37,311 bases of DNA from Octopus bimaculoides (Eukaryota). The notes below the pieces were generated by a model. The model saw only the letters and a list, made by a program, of their open reading frames with translations, had not been told where the DNA came from and did no database searches. Numbering within the stretch: position 1 is the stretch's first letter; each line of letters begins with the position of its first letter. The position numbers and the translations under genes were made by a program. This document shows, piece after piece, positions 12,073 through 24,266 of the stretch. The stretch covers positions 38,229,934-38,267,244 of the forward strand of contig NC_068997.1 in assembly GCF_001194135.2 (NCBI RefSeq), given 5' to 3'.

Positions 12073-12419
12073 CTCCTAATGTAATGCCAATGGTGCATGG
12101 CGAGGTGTGTATGCAAGAGAGGCGCTTGCATGGCAGAACCCAGTTCATGAAATCGCTTATGGTATGGTAAGTACTAATATTTATCTCATATGCATCACAA
12201 AATGTATTCTTTCAACCAAGCGCTGATGTACTATTGAGAAACAGCTTGGGTATTTGGAGTCAATACAAACTTACGGTTGGTGAGGTCGAAAAGCCGATAC
12301 GTGCAGTGGTGACGTTCTGTAGTCCATGTCAAAATATTAACAAGGGGTTATGCTTTGCCACGACAGTCCATCATTAGTGATATAAAGTTGAGTTCATGTA
12401 TTCACGTTTTTACTACAGT

Positions 12420-13715
12420 AATATTATTGAGCGGGTACATTTGAACGATTTAGTGTATATTATATGGTATTTGCGTAGTGTTTATAGGTTTCTTGTAGAT
12501 ATTAGAGTGATGAGAAACGTGCGTATTGTAGTTGCAGAGTAGTATTTCCATGATTAATCCAGGAGTGAAACAGGAATATTAAGGTGCTTTTATTGTTACA
12601 TTGTTTTTCATTGATGTTAGCGAGGGTGTAAGTAGTTTAGGAATTGTGAGGGTGTGCCATTTCAGAGATGTGTAGGTTATGGGGGGAGGTGTAAACTTTG
12701 AGTGATATTGGTTGTGAAGTATTAATGCCGGACCCTGGAATGTGGGCTGAGGAAAACTGGACCAGCTAGGGTGGATTTGTGGCTCATTTAACATGGGAAT
12801 AAACTTAAAATACTCTGCGATCTTTCAGGCTCCATACTAGTTTCGATAATAACGCTGCGTTACATTTCTTTCTGTCTATGAATAACGCATTGTGTTCTGC
12901 ATATCTTTCTTTAAAGGTATTCTCTGTCAGCCCGATATAGGTCCTTGGTTTGCTTCCTACAGTGGGTGTACGCATTTATTATCTGATGTTACATAGCTGC
13001 TGTGCGTTGTGATTGAAAATTTGCGAGCGAATATTATGAAGGCAACTACAACTAATTTTAATAGTTTCAATGGCAAATTTTGTAATATTTGTGTATTTTG
13101 TGGAAGTAGCGTGAATTAGGAACAGGAAGCGTTAGCTACGTTTGTTGCTATATTCATAATGTTTGACGCCTACAGCTTCTGGATCTAGGTGGATCCAGTA
13201 TTAATTTCATTGAAGTTACATCTCGCTGAATCATTATTATAGTGTGGGACAGCTCTGTTCGGGGTGGATTCGTCTGAAAGTACGTCAACTGTTAATACTG
13301 ATACTTTGTTTGAATGATTTGAGTCATTGTTTATATATGAGGTGGTATCGTTATTTGATTTGTGAAACAGTTTTCTGTAGTAAAGTTCATACTGTTTTAA
13401 AATTGGTGTTAATCGTGATTTTTAGGTAAAGTTGTGTAATTTTTGTTTTCGTTAATGCTCAGGTCATGTTCCTTTTGTTACATGCCGCACCCTATCCGTC
13501 GTCCCAATATAATTCCTATATTGATTAACTTTATTTCGCTCTTTAGCTTACTTAGGATGAAAAGATCTACTAAATCAACAATTTCTGCCTCGTCGTAGCT
13601 CCTGCCTCCATGATGACGTCAAAGATTCATCACTGTTCTTTTGAACATCATACGAAATCCGGGTTGTTGCAATGAAGCTACATCTACAGCAGAGAAAATT
13701 GTTCAACTAATATCT
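12420..13715 (-). mobile_element. Penelope-like element, internally deleted (RT and GIY-YIG fragments)
   Basis: Minus strand: FDVIM..YDEAEIVDLVDLFILSKL..IG..(R)DDG..LKITINTNFKTV (about 13380-13640, PLE RT motifs) and YIGLTENTFKERYAEHNALF..LSKLVWSLKD (about 12810-12940, GIY-YIG). The left boundary is approximate. Confidence 0.8.
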
Positions 13716-14240
13716 CACTCAAGTTTACCAGTGAGATGGTAGCTTTCAAACACCACTTACTATCTTTAAAATAGAGTAATTGTAGAAGCTAATTCTGAAA
13801 AGGCGGGAAGGCCATAGCTTCAGAGACTGTGTGTACTAAACAACACTTAGTTCAATAAGTTAAAACATTTATTGTCACTCTACTTTCCATGCCAAACATA
13901 AGAGCTCATCTACACCAGGCTGTTAAATTCCCCAGCAGAGTATTCAAGCTTCAATCAAAGCTACACAAACGAAAATATATTTCATAGGAAGATTATATTA
14001 GAATAGTTACCTCCCCAACGCATAATCATTCGTGAGACACAGTTACACATGTACACTAAGAACATAATATAACCCGTCTATATTTCTGGCTCCAAGCAAA
14101 TAGTTGAATATAGCACCAACAAAACCCACTTCATACCCTCTTTCAAGTGACAGCAAAGAAGTCAAATACAGTCGGACATCATAAGCGAACGAGATACTCA
14201 AAAATGTTAGAAATTTCCAAAGTGGTCTCTGAAATATTGA

Positions 14241-14419
14241 TTTCAAAGTTCCACACAGAGCCTGCATTTTCGGGGCAGGGTTAAGTCGATTACATCGATT
14301 CCAGTACTCAGCTGGTACTTATTTTATCGATACCGAATTGATGAAATACAAAGTCGACCGCGGCGGAATTTGAACTCAGAACTTGAAGATGGATGAAATA
14401 TTCTAAGGCTCGTCGCCTT
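14241..14419 (-). mobile_element. SINE family 1 with internal deletion
   Basis: Matches the family and lacks about 30 bp near the head. Confidence 0.85.
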
Positions 14420-14533
14420 ACATGGTCTCTGAACTATCAACTGCACCATAGAATGGATTCATACATAGTTGTGTGGCCAAACATCTACCTATACAAGCGC
14501 ATATATACATTCATCGGAGTGACATACGAGTAT

Positions 14534-14536
14534 ACA

Positions 14537-14575
<39 letters not shown>
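14534..14575. repeat. (ACAT)n microsatellite
   Basis: Direct reading. Confidence 0.95.
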
Positions 14576-14578
<3 letters not shown>

Positions 14579-15497
14579 TCGCACCTGTACGCATACATGC
14601 ATACACACAGCATACATACTACATACTATCTGCAGAAAATCTTAGAAATATAGACTAGTCCCGAAAAAAGTTACAGTGGAAATTTGTAAAACATTTCAAG
14701 GATTCTCCTTTTGACACCTATGAGTGAACATAGGCAGACATATAAATGTGGCATACGCATGCAAGCACACTCATAAACAGTATGCATAACACACTAACAA
14801 TAAACGCGCGCGCGCCCTCACGCATTCACATATGCAAATATCAACCAATTCAGATAACCCCAAACATCAAGAACTATCTTGAGGTAAACGAAAGGGCCTT
14901 AGTGGTCGGCTTGAATTCTGCAAAGGAGGAAACTTTAATAAATACCAAAGAAATGTGTGTATGTGTGTGTGTGTGTGTGTGTGCAAACATATATATATAT
15001 ATATATATATATNNNNNNNNNNNNNNNNNNNNNNNNNNNNNNNNNNNNNNNNNNNNNNNNNNNNNNNNNNNNNNNNNNNNNNNNNNNNNNNNNNNNNNNN
15101 NNNNNNNNNNNNNNNNNNNNNNNNNNNNNNNNNNNNNNNNNNNNNNNNNNNNNNNNNNNNNNNNNNNNNNNNNNNNNNNNNNNNNNNNNNNNNNNNNNNN
15201 NNNNNNNNNNNNNNNNNNNNNNNNNNNNNNNNNNNNNNNNNNNNNNNNNNNNNNNNNNNNNNNNNNNNNNNNNNNNNNNNNNNNNNNNNNNNNNNNNNNN
15301 NNNNNNNNNNNNNNNNNNNNNNNNNNNNNNNNNNNNNNNNNNNNNNNNNNNNNNNNNNNNNNNNNNNNNNNNNNNNNNNNNNNNNNNNNNNNNNNNNNNN
15401 NNNNNNNNNNNNNNNNNNNNNNNNNNNNNNNNNNNNNNNNNNNNNNNNNNNNNNNNNNNNNNNNNNNNNNNNNNNNNNNNNNNNNNNNNNNNNNNNN

Positions 15498-16418
15498 GAT
15501 GAAACCACCACCTCCACTTTGGCACAGGTCGCGGCGTTTTCATCTCACCGTCTCAGAACTACCAAGTAAAATGTCTGGTTACCAGGAACAAATTCTGTGT
15601 GGACAATTCCTTTCACATCGATGAAACAAATTAGCGTCGTCTTGACATTCGACTTCACTTGACACGCTGTTTTGGGGCGTGATGACATTGAATGCTTCCA
15701 TTGACTTGATTCCTCCTTCGTTTCCGAGTCGTGGCCGTAGCACCAGCTTTCGTCACCTGTGATGACCTTCGCAAAACGGTTCGGATCAACTTCCAACTGT
15801 TCTTTCAGTTCACGACACGCATTCAGTCGTGACTGCTTTTGATTTTCCGTGAGCAAGCTGGACACAAATTTAGCAGCAATTCTTTTCATTCGCAATTCCC
15901 CGTTCAAAATGCGTTGGCAGGAGCTCCAGGACACACCATTCATATCAACAAGTTCATCAATTGTCCCGTGATGGTTTACCAAGATCAGTTCATGAATTTT
16001 CGTGCTTTTTCATTCGATCGGAAAGTCCACGGTCACCCAAAACGAGGTTGCTCTTGAAGCAAAAAGTGACCATTCCTAAAGCGTGGAAACCACTCATAAA
16101 CTTGTGTTTTGCTCATGGCAGCCTCCTTGTAAATTGTTTGAAGCATGCCAAATGTTTCGGCCGCCGTTTTCCCCAGCAGAAAACAGAATTTCACGGAAGC
16201 ACGCTGTTCCTTCCTTTCAGCCATCGCAAAAATCGGCGAACAGGGGAGAAGCATTGCAAAACAAAGACGCACTACGTGGCAGTGCGACTTCACTCGACGA
16301 CGCCTTTGGGCAGACTGATGCCTGAGGGTTGCATCAAGTGGCTTCTAGAGGCGGAAGCATGAACTACAACGAGCTTGTCCCACAGGGAACGTTTCCGGTT
16401 ACTTTTGGGTACCAGATA
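15498..16418 (-). mobile_element. Mariner (DD34D-type) transposon relic; runs into the gap
   Basis: MAERKEQRASVKFCFLLGKTAAET..VYEWFPRFRNG (HTH); KRIAAKFVSSLLT..VITGDESWCYGHDSETKEESSQW (first catalytic D); WWFH at the gap edge. TIR-like GGTACCCAAAAGTAACCGGAA near 16395-16415. Internal stop and frameshifts. Confidence 0.92.
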
Positions 16419-16826
16419 CAAACGCACCCGTATATACTCATGAAATACAGACATATTTATACACTTACGCATACATCTACAAGCAATCTATGGGCGAACA
16501 CTAAGGACATTAGAAATGATATCGAACACTATATTGCTTTCACTGCAGTTGAGCAGGAATGGATGGGTAGTAAACACGGAGATAAAATGAAATGAGAAGT
16601 GGTAAGAAGGAGTCAGCATGGATTTGATGACCCGTCAGGAACACAAAGTCATTGGTGTCATGTGTTCTTGAGTGGTATCCACCTGTTATGGCTGCAGAAA
16701 CTAATGTGATGAAATTAACAGTGCAAGACATAAGGCTCAACTTGTGGCAGAGAGAACCACAACAGAGCTTTCTGCCAGGAATCGAAGATATCGATAATGT
16801 TTTAAAAAATTTAATCACAAGATATC

Positions 16827-16828
<2 letters not shown>

Positions 16829-16892
<64 letters not shown>

Positions 16893-16910
16893 TCTCTCTC
16901 TCTCACTCAC
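16829..16910. repeat. (CT)n microsatellite
   Basis: Direct reading. Confidence 0.95.
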
Positions 16911-18497
16911 ACACATCATCGACAAAAATGGCCATGAACATTTTACACTACTAAAAAGAAAACCGAAAATGTTCAAAATAATACATTTTACCGGACATGA
17001 AACAAACAATTATAACACAAAATATTAATAACATGCACGAACATAAATAAGAAAGCATGTAGAAATCATACTGTTAACATCATCAACATATTGGTGTCAT
17101 GTGTTCTTGAGTGGTATTTCAGTACGTTACCCTTCGCAGATCATATGCTTTTTTTCAACCATGACCCGGTTGTACTGATAATGAATATCCGCCATACTGT
17201 TGTGAATATGATAATGGTTTGGTATGCACATTACTATGTATAAGGTTCTGTTTGGTGGCTTTGATCTTTTTGAGTGAGTCCTTCTGCCCTTTGGCAGATT
17301 TTGTTTTTCATCCTACAACGTGTCCTAATTTAGAAAACCTGCGATATGATTTTCCTCATCAAGTACTTTCGATGGGGTTGACGGTTTGTTGCGTTTCAGC
17401 TCGGCTCATTTTCCTTCCTCTCCTCAGTGAATCGGTACCGAAAACTCATCGTTAATAGTATTATATTAGAGAAATAGAAAAGTTATTTAATGTATGGGGC
17501 GGTTAATTAAATACTGGAGACAACTACTTCGTCTCGGTGTTAAGAAAACTCCTTTTTATTAGCGTTGGTAGAATTAATGATATTCAACATGGTGGGAGTT
17601 ATTCCATTCACCTCGACTGCATATGAATTAAGAGGTAACTTTCTGAGATATCAATTGAGTTAGCTTCGATAAACATACAAATATTGATATATGCCCATTT
17701 ATAAAGATTCGGTATAGAAGCGAGACTTAAGGGGAAAATAGAAATCTCCACATTAAAGACATTACAGCGTTTATATACGTGACTCATAAAGTTAAGTGCA
17801 TTGGGATTGGGGTATCTAGGAGCATTTTCGCAGTGAGGTTTCACTATATTAGAAGTTTTAAGGGAAAGCATTGTGTTACGATTATCTTAGGGGTATGGAT
17901 TGCTTGTGGGTGCATCAGGCGCCACAAAACACAAGTGTTTGTTTGCCCATCACTGGCTGGTGGCTTTCATGCTGAACTTAGTCGGCGGCCCTCCATTAGC
18001 CGAAATTAGCCAGTTATATGTGGTAAAGTGAGAAAGAAAGAAATATATTTAAAAAACACAGAAAAACACAGAGAAAAGAGAGCAAGACACCTCCTCAAGT
18101 CCTTAGACGGAATGTTGCTCAATTCTACTTATTAAATAAATTGCAATGTTGAGGAGAGAGAAAGAAAGAGAAGATATCAACGGATATGTAATTAACGATG
18201 TGAGTGGATTCATCAAAGCATTTTTTTATTGGACAGTGTTTAAGTTACTACATATTAATATAATTAACAAGTATTAACAACAAAATTTAAAACCAATAAT
18301 TTACAATTAGCAATCATATAAAATATATTAGATAAAAGATATGATAACACTATCGAAGAAAAGAGTTGAAGACAATGGGCCTGAGTTTTATTTCTATCAC
18401 AGAATATGGCTCTCTTAGAGATCTTAACGAGCTGCTCAACTCCCTTAGCTAAAATTCACCGGCTACATCACTTCGTTGTTATTATTATGATTATTAT

Positions 18498-18542
18498 TCT
18501 ACGTTCTGAGTTCAAATCCTGCCGAGGTCGACTTTGCCTTTG
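18498..18542 (+). mobile_element. SINE family 1 internal fragment (B-box region)
   Basis: ctacgttctgagttcaaatcctgccgaggtcgactttgccttt. Confidence 0.75.
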
Positions 18543-18568
18543 AGGGCTTCAGCCTATTGTAGAGAAGG

Positions 18569-18614
<46 letters not shown>

Positions 18615-18616
<2 letters not shown>

Positions 18617-19419
18617 TATATAGAAAGGATTGATGTAACTCATCCTGAAGATATAGAGTCAAAATTAAAAGAAGATTGCCATTTGCTATCTCGTGAACAA
18701 TATTTCGACATCTTGCGTGTCTTCCACTGGTTCAAAAAATAAATTTGTCAATCTACTTCATTTTCGTTTATATAGAAAGGATTGAGGTAACTCCTCCTGA
18801 AGATATAGAGTCAAAATTAAAAGAAGAGTGCCATTTGCTATCTCGTGAACAATATTTCGACATCTTGCGTGTCTTCCACTGGTTCAAAAAATANNNNNNN
18901 NNNNNNNNNNNNNNNNNNNNNNNNNNNNNNNNNNNNNNNNNNNNNNNNNNNNNNNNNNNNNNNNNNNNNNNNNNNNNNNNNNNNNNNNNNNNNNNNNNNN
19001 NNNNNNNNNNNNNNNNNNNNNNNNNNNNNNNNNNNNNNNNNNNNNNNNNNNNNNNNNNNNNNNNNNNNNNNNNNNNNNNNNNNNNNNNNNNNNNNNNNNN
19101 NNNNNNNNNNNNNNNNNNNNNNNNNNNNNNNNNNNNNNNNNNNNNNNNNNNNNNNNNNNNNNNNNNNNNNNNNNNNNNNNNNNNNNNNNNNNNNNNNNNN
19201 NNNNCAAGATGTCGAAATATTGTTCACGAGATAGCAAATGGCACTCTTCTTTTAATTTTGACTCTATATCTTCAGGAGGAGTTACCTCAATCCTTTCTAT
19301 ATAAACGAAAATGAAGTAGATTGACAAATTTATTTTTTGAACCAGTGGAAGACACGCAAGATGTCGAAATATTGTTCACGAGATAGCAAATGGCACTCTT
19401 CTTTTAATTTTGACTCTAT
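18615..19419. repeat. 152-bp tandem satellite; forward units left of the gap, reverse-complement units right of it
   Basis: TAGAAAGG recurs at 18621 and 18773 (period 152). 19205-19419 is the reverse complement of the unit-2 variant. (ATT)n on both outer sides. Confidence 0.9.
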
Positions 19420-19474
19420 TATTATTATTATTATTATTATTATTGCAGCGAGCTGGCAGAATCATTAGCACGCT

Positions 19475-20184
19475 GTGAATTATTCGAAACCCCAAAGAAT
19501 TCCTCTCAAGACATAGCTATGATGTTCCCCTACTACTTCTCGTGATCAGAGAATCACATATTGTCAACCACTAAAAGACATCCTCGAGTGGTTAAGGTCA
19601 AACAACTGATAAGCAAATTTGAGGTATTAAACAGAATATTTGCTGTAGCCCATCTTTTTATACGATGATAAAACATGTACATGATAATACTTCCAATCGG
19701 TTAAGATCAGAAGCCATGAAGGCCAGTGCCGGGTTATTATCAAGATAAACAGCGCATGACTTTGCAGGTGGGGCCCAGTTAGAATTTTCTTCAGGTCGAG
19801 TAGCCCATCCCACTCGAAAGATTCTTGAATAAGGTTTGTTTAAGGATGTTGAACGAAATACCCATGTTTCCAGAGGTGAATTATTCAAACGTCAAAGAAT
19901 TCCTTTAAGCACATGGCTATAATGCTCCTCCACAACTTTTGCTCATGATTAGAGATGCACATATCCTCAGCCACCAAGGGACATGCTCAACTGGTTATGG
20001 TCAGACAACTGACAAGCAAATCTGTGGTATTGAGCAGAATATTTGCTGTAACCCATTTTTTATACCAGGACAAAACAATGTACATGATAACACTTCCAGT
20101 CAGTTAAAATCAGAAGCCATGAGAGCCAGTGCCTGGTATTGCATCAAGGTATTAGCCAGTGCCTAGATTTGCATCAAAGCATTT
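19475..20184. repeat. Diverged 401-bp tandem duplication (one full unit, one partial unit), plus a 30-bp terminal duplication
   Basis: GTGAATTATTC at 19475 and 19876; shared blocks such as cagaatatttgctgta and atcagaagccatga; gccagtgcct..gcatcaa at 20125 and 20155. Confidence 0.85.
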
Positions 20185-20191
20185 CTTCATC

Positions 20192-20193
20192 AC

Positions 20194-20251
<58 letters not shown>
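20192..20251. repeat. (TAT)n microsatellite, followed by a SINE family 1 head fragment (20253-20275)
   Basis: Direct reading; aggcggtgagctggcagaatcg follows. Confidence 0.9.
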
Positions 20252-20253
<2 letters not shown>

Positions 20254-20288
20254 GGCGGTGAGCTGGCAGAATCGATTTTTTTTTTTTT

Positions 20289-20963
20289 AGATATTTCTCG
20301 AACTTGGTTGTTTGTGCTCCGAGTGCCCCTACAGTTACTAGAATGACAGACACTCTACTCATAGTCAACATTCTTGCAATTCCGTCTTTTATTGCCTGTA
20401 CTTTTCAATCTTTTCTAGATCTTTGTCACTTATGCGTGCATCCCCAGGTATTGCAGTATCTATGATCTTGGTTTCCTTTTTTCCTCTTATCTACCCCAAC
20501 AATGTCTGGTCTCCGAGCCTCGATTAGGGAGTCACATTGGATTGTAAAATCCTACAGCATCTTCTGTTCCTTGTTCTCGGTGACTACTTCTAGTTCATGT
20601 TTGTACCATTTCTGTGCTCTGTTCAGGCCGTACTTTTCACATAGCTTCCAGTAGATGAACTTAGCCTCCTTTTGTAGTGCTTTTAGGCCAACTTGCTATA
20701 CTCACTCACAATATGTGAGGTTGTTTCGTTTCTGCTGCCACGCATACTACAAAAGGCGATTCGCCATTGTTACCTATTTGGAACTTGGTGTAATTAGTCA
20801 TCAGAGCTTGTTCTGGGCGCTGCATATCAATGCTACAGTGCACCCTTTCAAATCACTTTTTCTTAGCCATCTCCAAGTGTTGATCTTGTCTTTTCCTCCG
20901 ATCTTTTTGAGGTATTGCCCATGCAGTGGTTTCATTTTCATGTTGTTTACTCTTTCTTCTTAA
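20289..20963 (-). mobile_element. R4/Dong-clade LINE fragment B (linker, zinc knuckle, RLE)
   Basis: KPLHGQYLKK..TWRWLRKSDLKG..SPFCSMRG..ETTSHIVSE..YWKLCEKYG..DFTIQCDSLIEARRPDIV..ILVTVGALG. Confidence 0.85.
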
Positions 20964-20983
20964 TCTTGTTGTTGTTATTATTA

Positions 20984-21054
<71 letters not shown>

Positions 21055-21056
21055 GT

Positions 21057-21965
21057 TTACTTTTAATCTGCATATTTGTTACATTCACTTACCGAGACAC
21101 ACCCAGCGTCCTAGGGCGAGTGCAGGATAAGAGATGTTACAGTATGACTGAAAGCTTATGGAGGGAAAGTGGCACGGGTAGTTGCGAAATATCTTCATGT
21201 AATACAACACAGACATTTAAACTGATAGGGTTTTCTAAGGATGTTGGCAGCACTTGTTAGCACAATCTTTTGGATTTCTTTGAGACATGATTCACCAGGG
21301 ATATTATCTAGATGTTTTTGGCATCCCAGTCTTTTCATACCTAGAGCACTCACAATAACAGGAACAGTTCTCGCTTTAAGATGCCACATCTTTTTTATTT
21401 CAATTTCCAGGTCCTTATATTTATTTAATTTGTCAAATTCCTTTACAGATATATTTTTATCAGTGGGAACACTTACATCTATTAGTCTACAAGTAGTTTC
21501 TTCTCTGTCCTTAATAACTATTTCTAGTCGATTAGCCTGGATCGTTCAGTCAGTGTTGACTGGAAAATTTCAGAGGATAGTGACATTTTTACCTTCAACG
21601 ACTGGCTCATGATGATATTCATACCAGTTAGCAGGAGTGCTGATTTTGTAGTGTTTACATATTTTCTAATGTAAATACTACCCTACCCCATGGTGACGAT
21701 TTTTGTATTCGTTTGGTGTCAGCACAGGACATCCCAAAACGAGATGGTCTATTTTTTCGTCAAATATATCACAGAATCTGCATTTAGGATTAGAACTGTT
21801 TTGAAGAATGTTAAGTCTGGTAGTTTTTGGTAAGCTAGCTTTGATCTTGTACTGCTAATATGAAACCTTCAGTCTCTGCTTTCAGTCCTGAGCTTCTCAG
21901 CCACTGATGGGTTGTTGCATTTCGGCTTCGAATTATATACTGTCTATGCATAGGCTTCTGACCCC
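21057..21965 (-). mobile_element. R4/Dong-clade LINE fragment C, with 3' UTR ending at (AAT)n
   Basis: WLRSSGLKAETEGFILAVQDQS; CCHC knuckle CRFCDIFDEKIDHLVLGC; ANRLEIV..LIDVSVP..KYKDLEIEIKKMWHLKARTVPVIVSALG..KIVLTSAANILRK. The 3' UTR runs into the 20964-21056 array. Confidence 0.9.
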
Positions 21966-22050
21966 ACCGTTCTTCCGTTTGTTTCTGCCCGTTCTTCTTT
22001 TTTTTTTTTCTTGTTTGGTGGCAGTGATTTCCGGTTTTTCATCTATTCAA

Positions 22051-22261
22051 GGTGGTGAACAAGCAGTATCGTTAGCGTGCTGAACGAAATGCCTTACGGT
22101 ATTTCGCCCGTCGATACGCACTGGGTTAAATTCCGCTGGAGTCAACTTTGCCTTTCACCCTTTCGGGGTCGATAAAATAAGTACCAGTTGAACGCTGGGG
22201 TCGATGTAATCAATTCGTCTCCTCTCCCAAAATTGCTGCCCTCGTGGCAAAAGTTGAAACC
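22051..22261 (+). mobile_element. SINE family 1, full-length copy on the plus strand
   Basis: Reverse complement of the other copies, from head to the ..gttgaaacc tail. Confidence 0.85.
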
Positions 22262-22282
22262 ATTAGTATCATTATTACCTCC

Positions 22283-22876
22283 GAACTTTTAAGCTAAGTC
22301 TAGGATTTTGTTCCACAAAAATCCTCAGCAGCTTTCCAAAGCTAATCATGCAAAGGTCTCTCTTCAATCTATTTAACATGCTCTCTTTGAATTTCATTCT
22401 TCTCCTTTTCTCCTATTCCACTCTTGATCACCTGCTCCTTATTCACTGTCTACAGTAATTTCTCTCTGCTGTTCTGTAAATATTCTAGTTGGCATGTTTT
22501 TCCATCTTAACACACTCTTCCACAGCAATGAAGCCTCTTTCGTCCTCGTCTCTCTTCATGTACATCCGGTTGATATCAGCTTTTGAATGGTAAGCTCTAT
22601 GCATTGTCAACAGCTTTCTAGTTTTTCTGCCAAGTTTCTGTATGTCGTTTTTGGTCCAGTCAACAATTCCCGTTCCATAACTGATTAGGGGACTGCTCTT
22701 GCTTTTATTGGTTCAGCGTTTTTTGTATTCTCTACAGGTATTTTGTTTTATCTCTTCGTGTTTTATTTCATCTTCCTCTAGGATCCCTATGCACTTATAC
22801 TACTGTCCTTTCACAACCGCTTTCATTGTTTTCCTTTTTGGCATTTCAGTTACTTGGATTCCTTCAAATCTTCCTC
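22283..22876 (-). mobile_element. R4/Dong-clade LINE fragment D (RT thumb region)
   Basis: GILEEDEIKHEEIK..ISYGTGIVDWTKNDIQKLGRKTRKLLTMHRAYHSKADINRMYMKRDEDERGFIAVEECV. Confidence 0.8.
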
Positions 22877-22891
22877 ATATTATTATTATTA

Positions 22892-22932
<41 letters not shown>

Positions 22933-23340
22933 TAATTTCTTTCTTCAGAGCTTTGTATCTCGTCAGCTTTTCTCCATTTTCAGCGATTCTGCTATCCCCA
23001 GCGCAAGCGATCTCTATGACCAGGCACGATTTTTCTCCTTTGTCTACCAGTATAATATCAGATTCCCGATGTTCGATTTCATGATCACATTGTATTATAA
23101 AGTCCAAAAATATATTTGAGCTGTCATTTTTTACCAAAGCCCTTGATTCGTGTAAAATATCAATTTCTTGCCTTTTCCAATCTAAACTTATTACATAGTT
23201 CCCAGTGAACCACTATGGTGACATTGTCATGCCTTCTTTTCTTTTTTTTTATAAGCCAGTTTGTTGCATTCGCTTAAAATATGCCACACTACCTCTCCAG
23301 TTTCACCACACATTTTGTATCCTGTTTGTATTCCTATTTT
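22933..23340 (-). mobile_element. R4/Dong-clade LINE fragment E (zinc knuckle and RLE)
   Basis: KMCGETGEVVWHILSECNKLA..HDNVTIVVHWELC..DFIIQCDHEIEHRESDIILVDKGEKSCLVIEIACAGD..KYKALK-like; 3' end abuts (AAT)n at 22878-22932. Confidence 0.85.
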
Positions 23341-23399
23341 GAATCCTGTAGGACCGGATCCAAACTGTAGGCCTGAAGTACTTAAGAGAAGATTTCATT

Positions 23400-24135
23400 T
23401 GATTTATAGTATACTCCGTAATATATGAGGTGCTCCATGTAGTGAAATGTTCTGGTTTGCATAAATATTGTGATTTCCCGAAAAACGTTTGATGAACTTC
23501 TTCATTCCTCTTTTTCTTTTCATCTGCTACTGCATGGTTTTGCCTGTGAATGTATTCGATGTTTGCTAGTTCCATGCATTCAAAGACATTCTGTTCAAAA
23601 GGTTTTCATATTTTTCATAGAGCCAGTATTATGGATCTCTTCCTGGAGGCAGGATCTGGTTGCAATCTCTGACCTTGTGCACTGATTACCGTCCCTGCTT
23701 TTACTCGAGCACTACCAATTCATTTGTGTGTCTTCACTTAATCCATGTCTTCCTCCCGCAACCGTTTTACGTACTTCTTGTTCCTTATCTGGTCACCCCA
23801 CCATGCTTTATATAACTGAAACATTATGCTACAATCGTTTGGTGTAGTTGTTACTGCTTTTACAATTGGTGGGGTTTCCGAGATATGAAACTCTTTACTG
23901 AAATATCATGCATCTTTCTTGGAGGAGTATATACGCTGTATTACAATACCGAGGAATGGGTTTTCTATTTTTGTCAGGTGTTCATCCAACTTTATAATGG
24001 TAATTTTGAAAGTCAGTTCGAGATGAAATTATCCAGGTCCTCCTAAAACCGTTTTAGTTAATAGCGTTGAAATGTTTACATCACTACATGTTTTTCTAGG
24101 ATGTTAATAGTCTTAAATCTGTTAGACGCATTCAC
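23400..24135 (-). mobile_element. Highly decayed fifth R4/Dong-like fragment F
   Basis: KYVKRLREED..VKAGTVISAQGQ.IATR and ECMELANIEYIHRQNHAVA resemble the linker and post-knuckle motifs. Boundaries are uncertain. Confidence 0.5.
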
Positions 24136-24266
24136 TTTACTTTCTTGTACCGCTCCTTTAGTACTCTCTTCATCGTACTTTTAGTACGCACATTCTTGAT
24201 CGCCACCTTCATTTCTGAGCGTTGTATGCGTCTCTGAGTGTTGATTACATACATACATACAGACAT

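Noticed and set aside
14820-14845. Octamer-like ATGCAAAT motifs (here and at about 28743)
   Set aside because: Expected by chance in AT-rich DNA; no associated snRNA gene or promoter.
17380-17432. Minus-strand CUGAGGA...GAAACGCA hammerhead-like spacing
   Set aside because: No stem II or stem I pairing and no NUH triplet.
18615-19419. Satellite as a CRISPR array or protein-coding tandem repeat
   Set aside because: No unique spacers and a eukaryotic context; 152 is not a multiple of 3 and each unit has stops.
21057-22876. Fragments C and D as one Dong element split by a SINE
   Set aside because: Both contain their own copy of the W-L-x-S-S linker block, so they overlap in protein coordinates.
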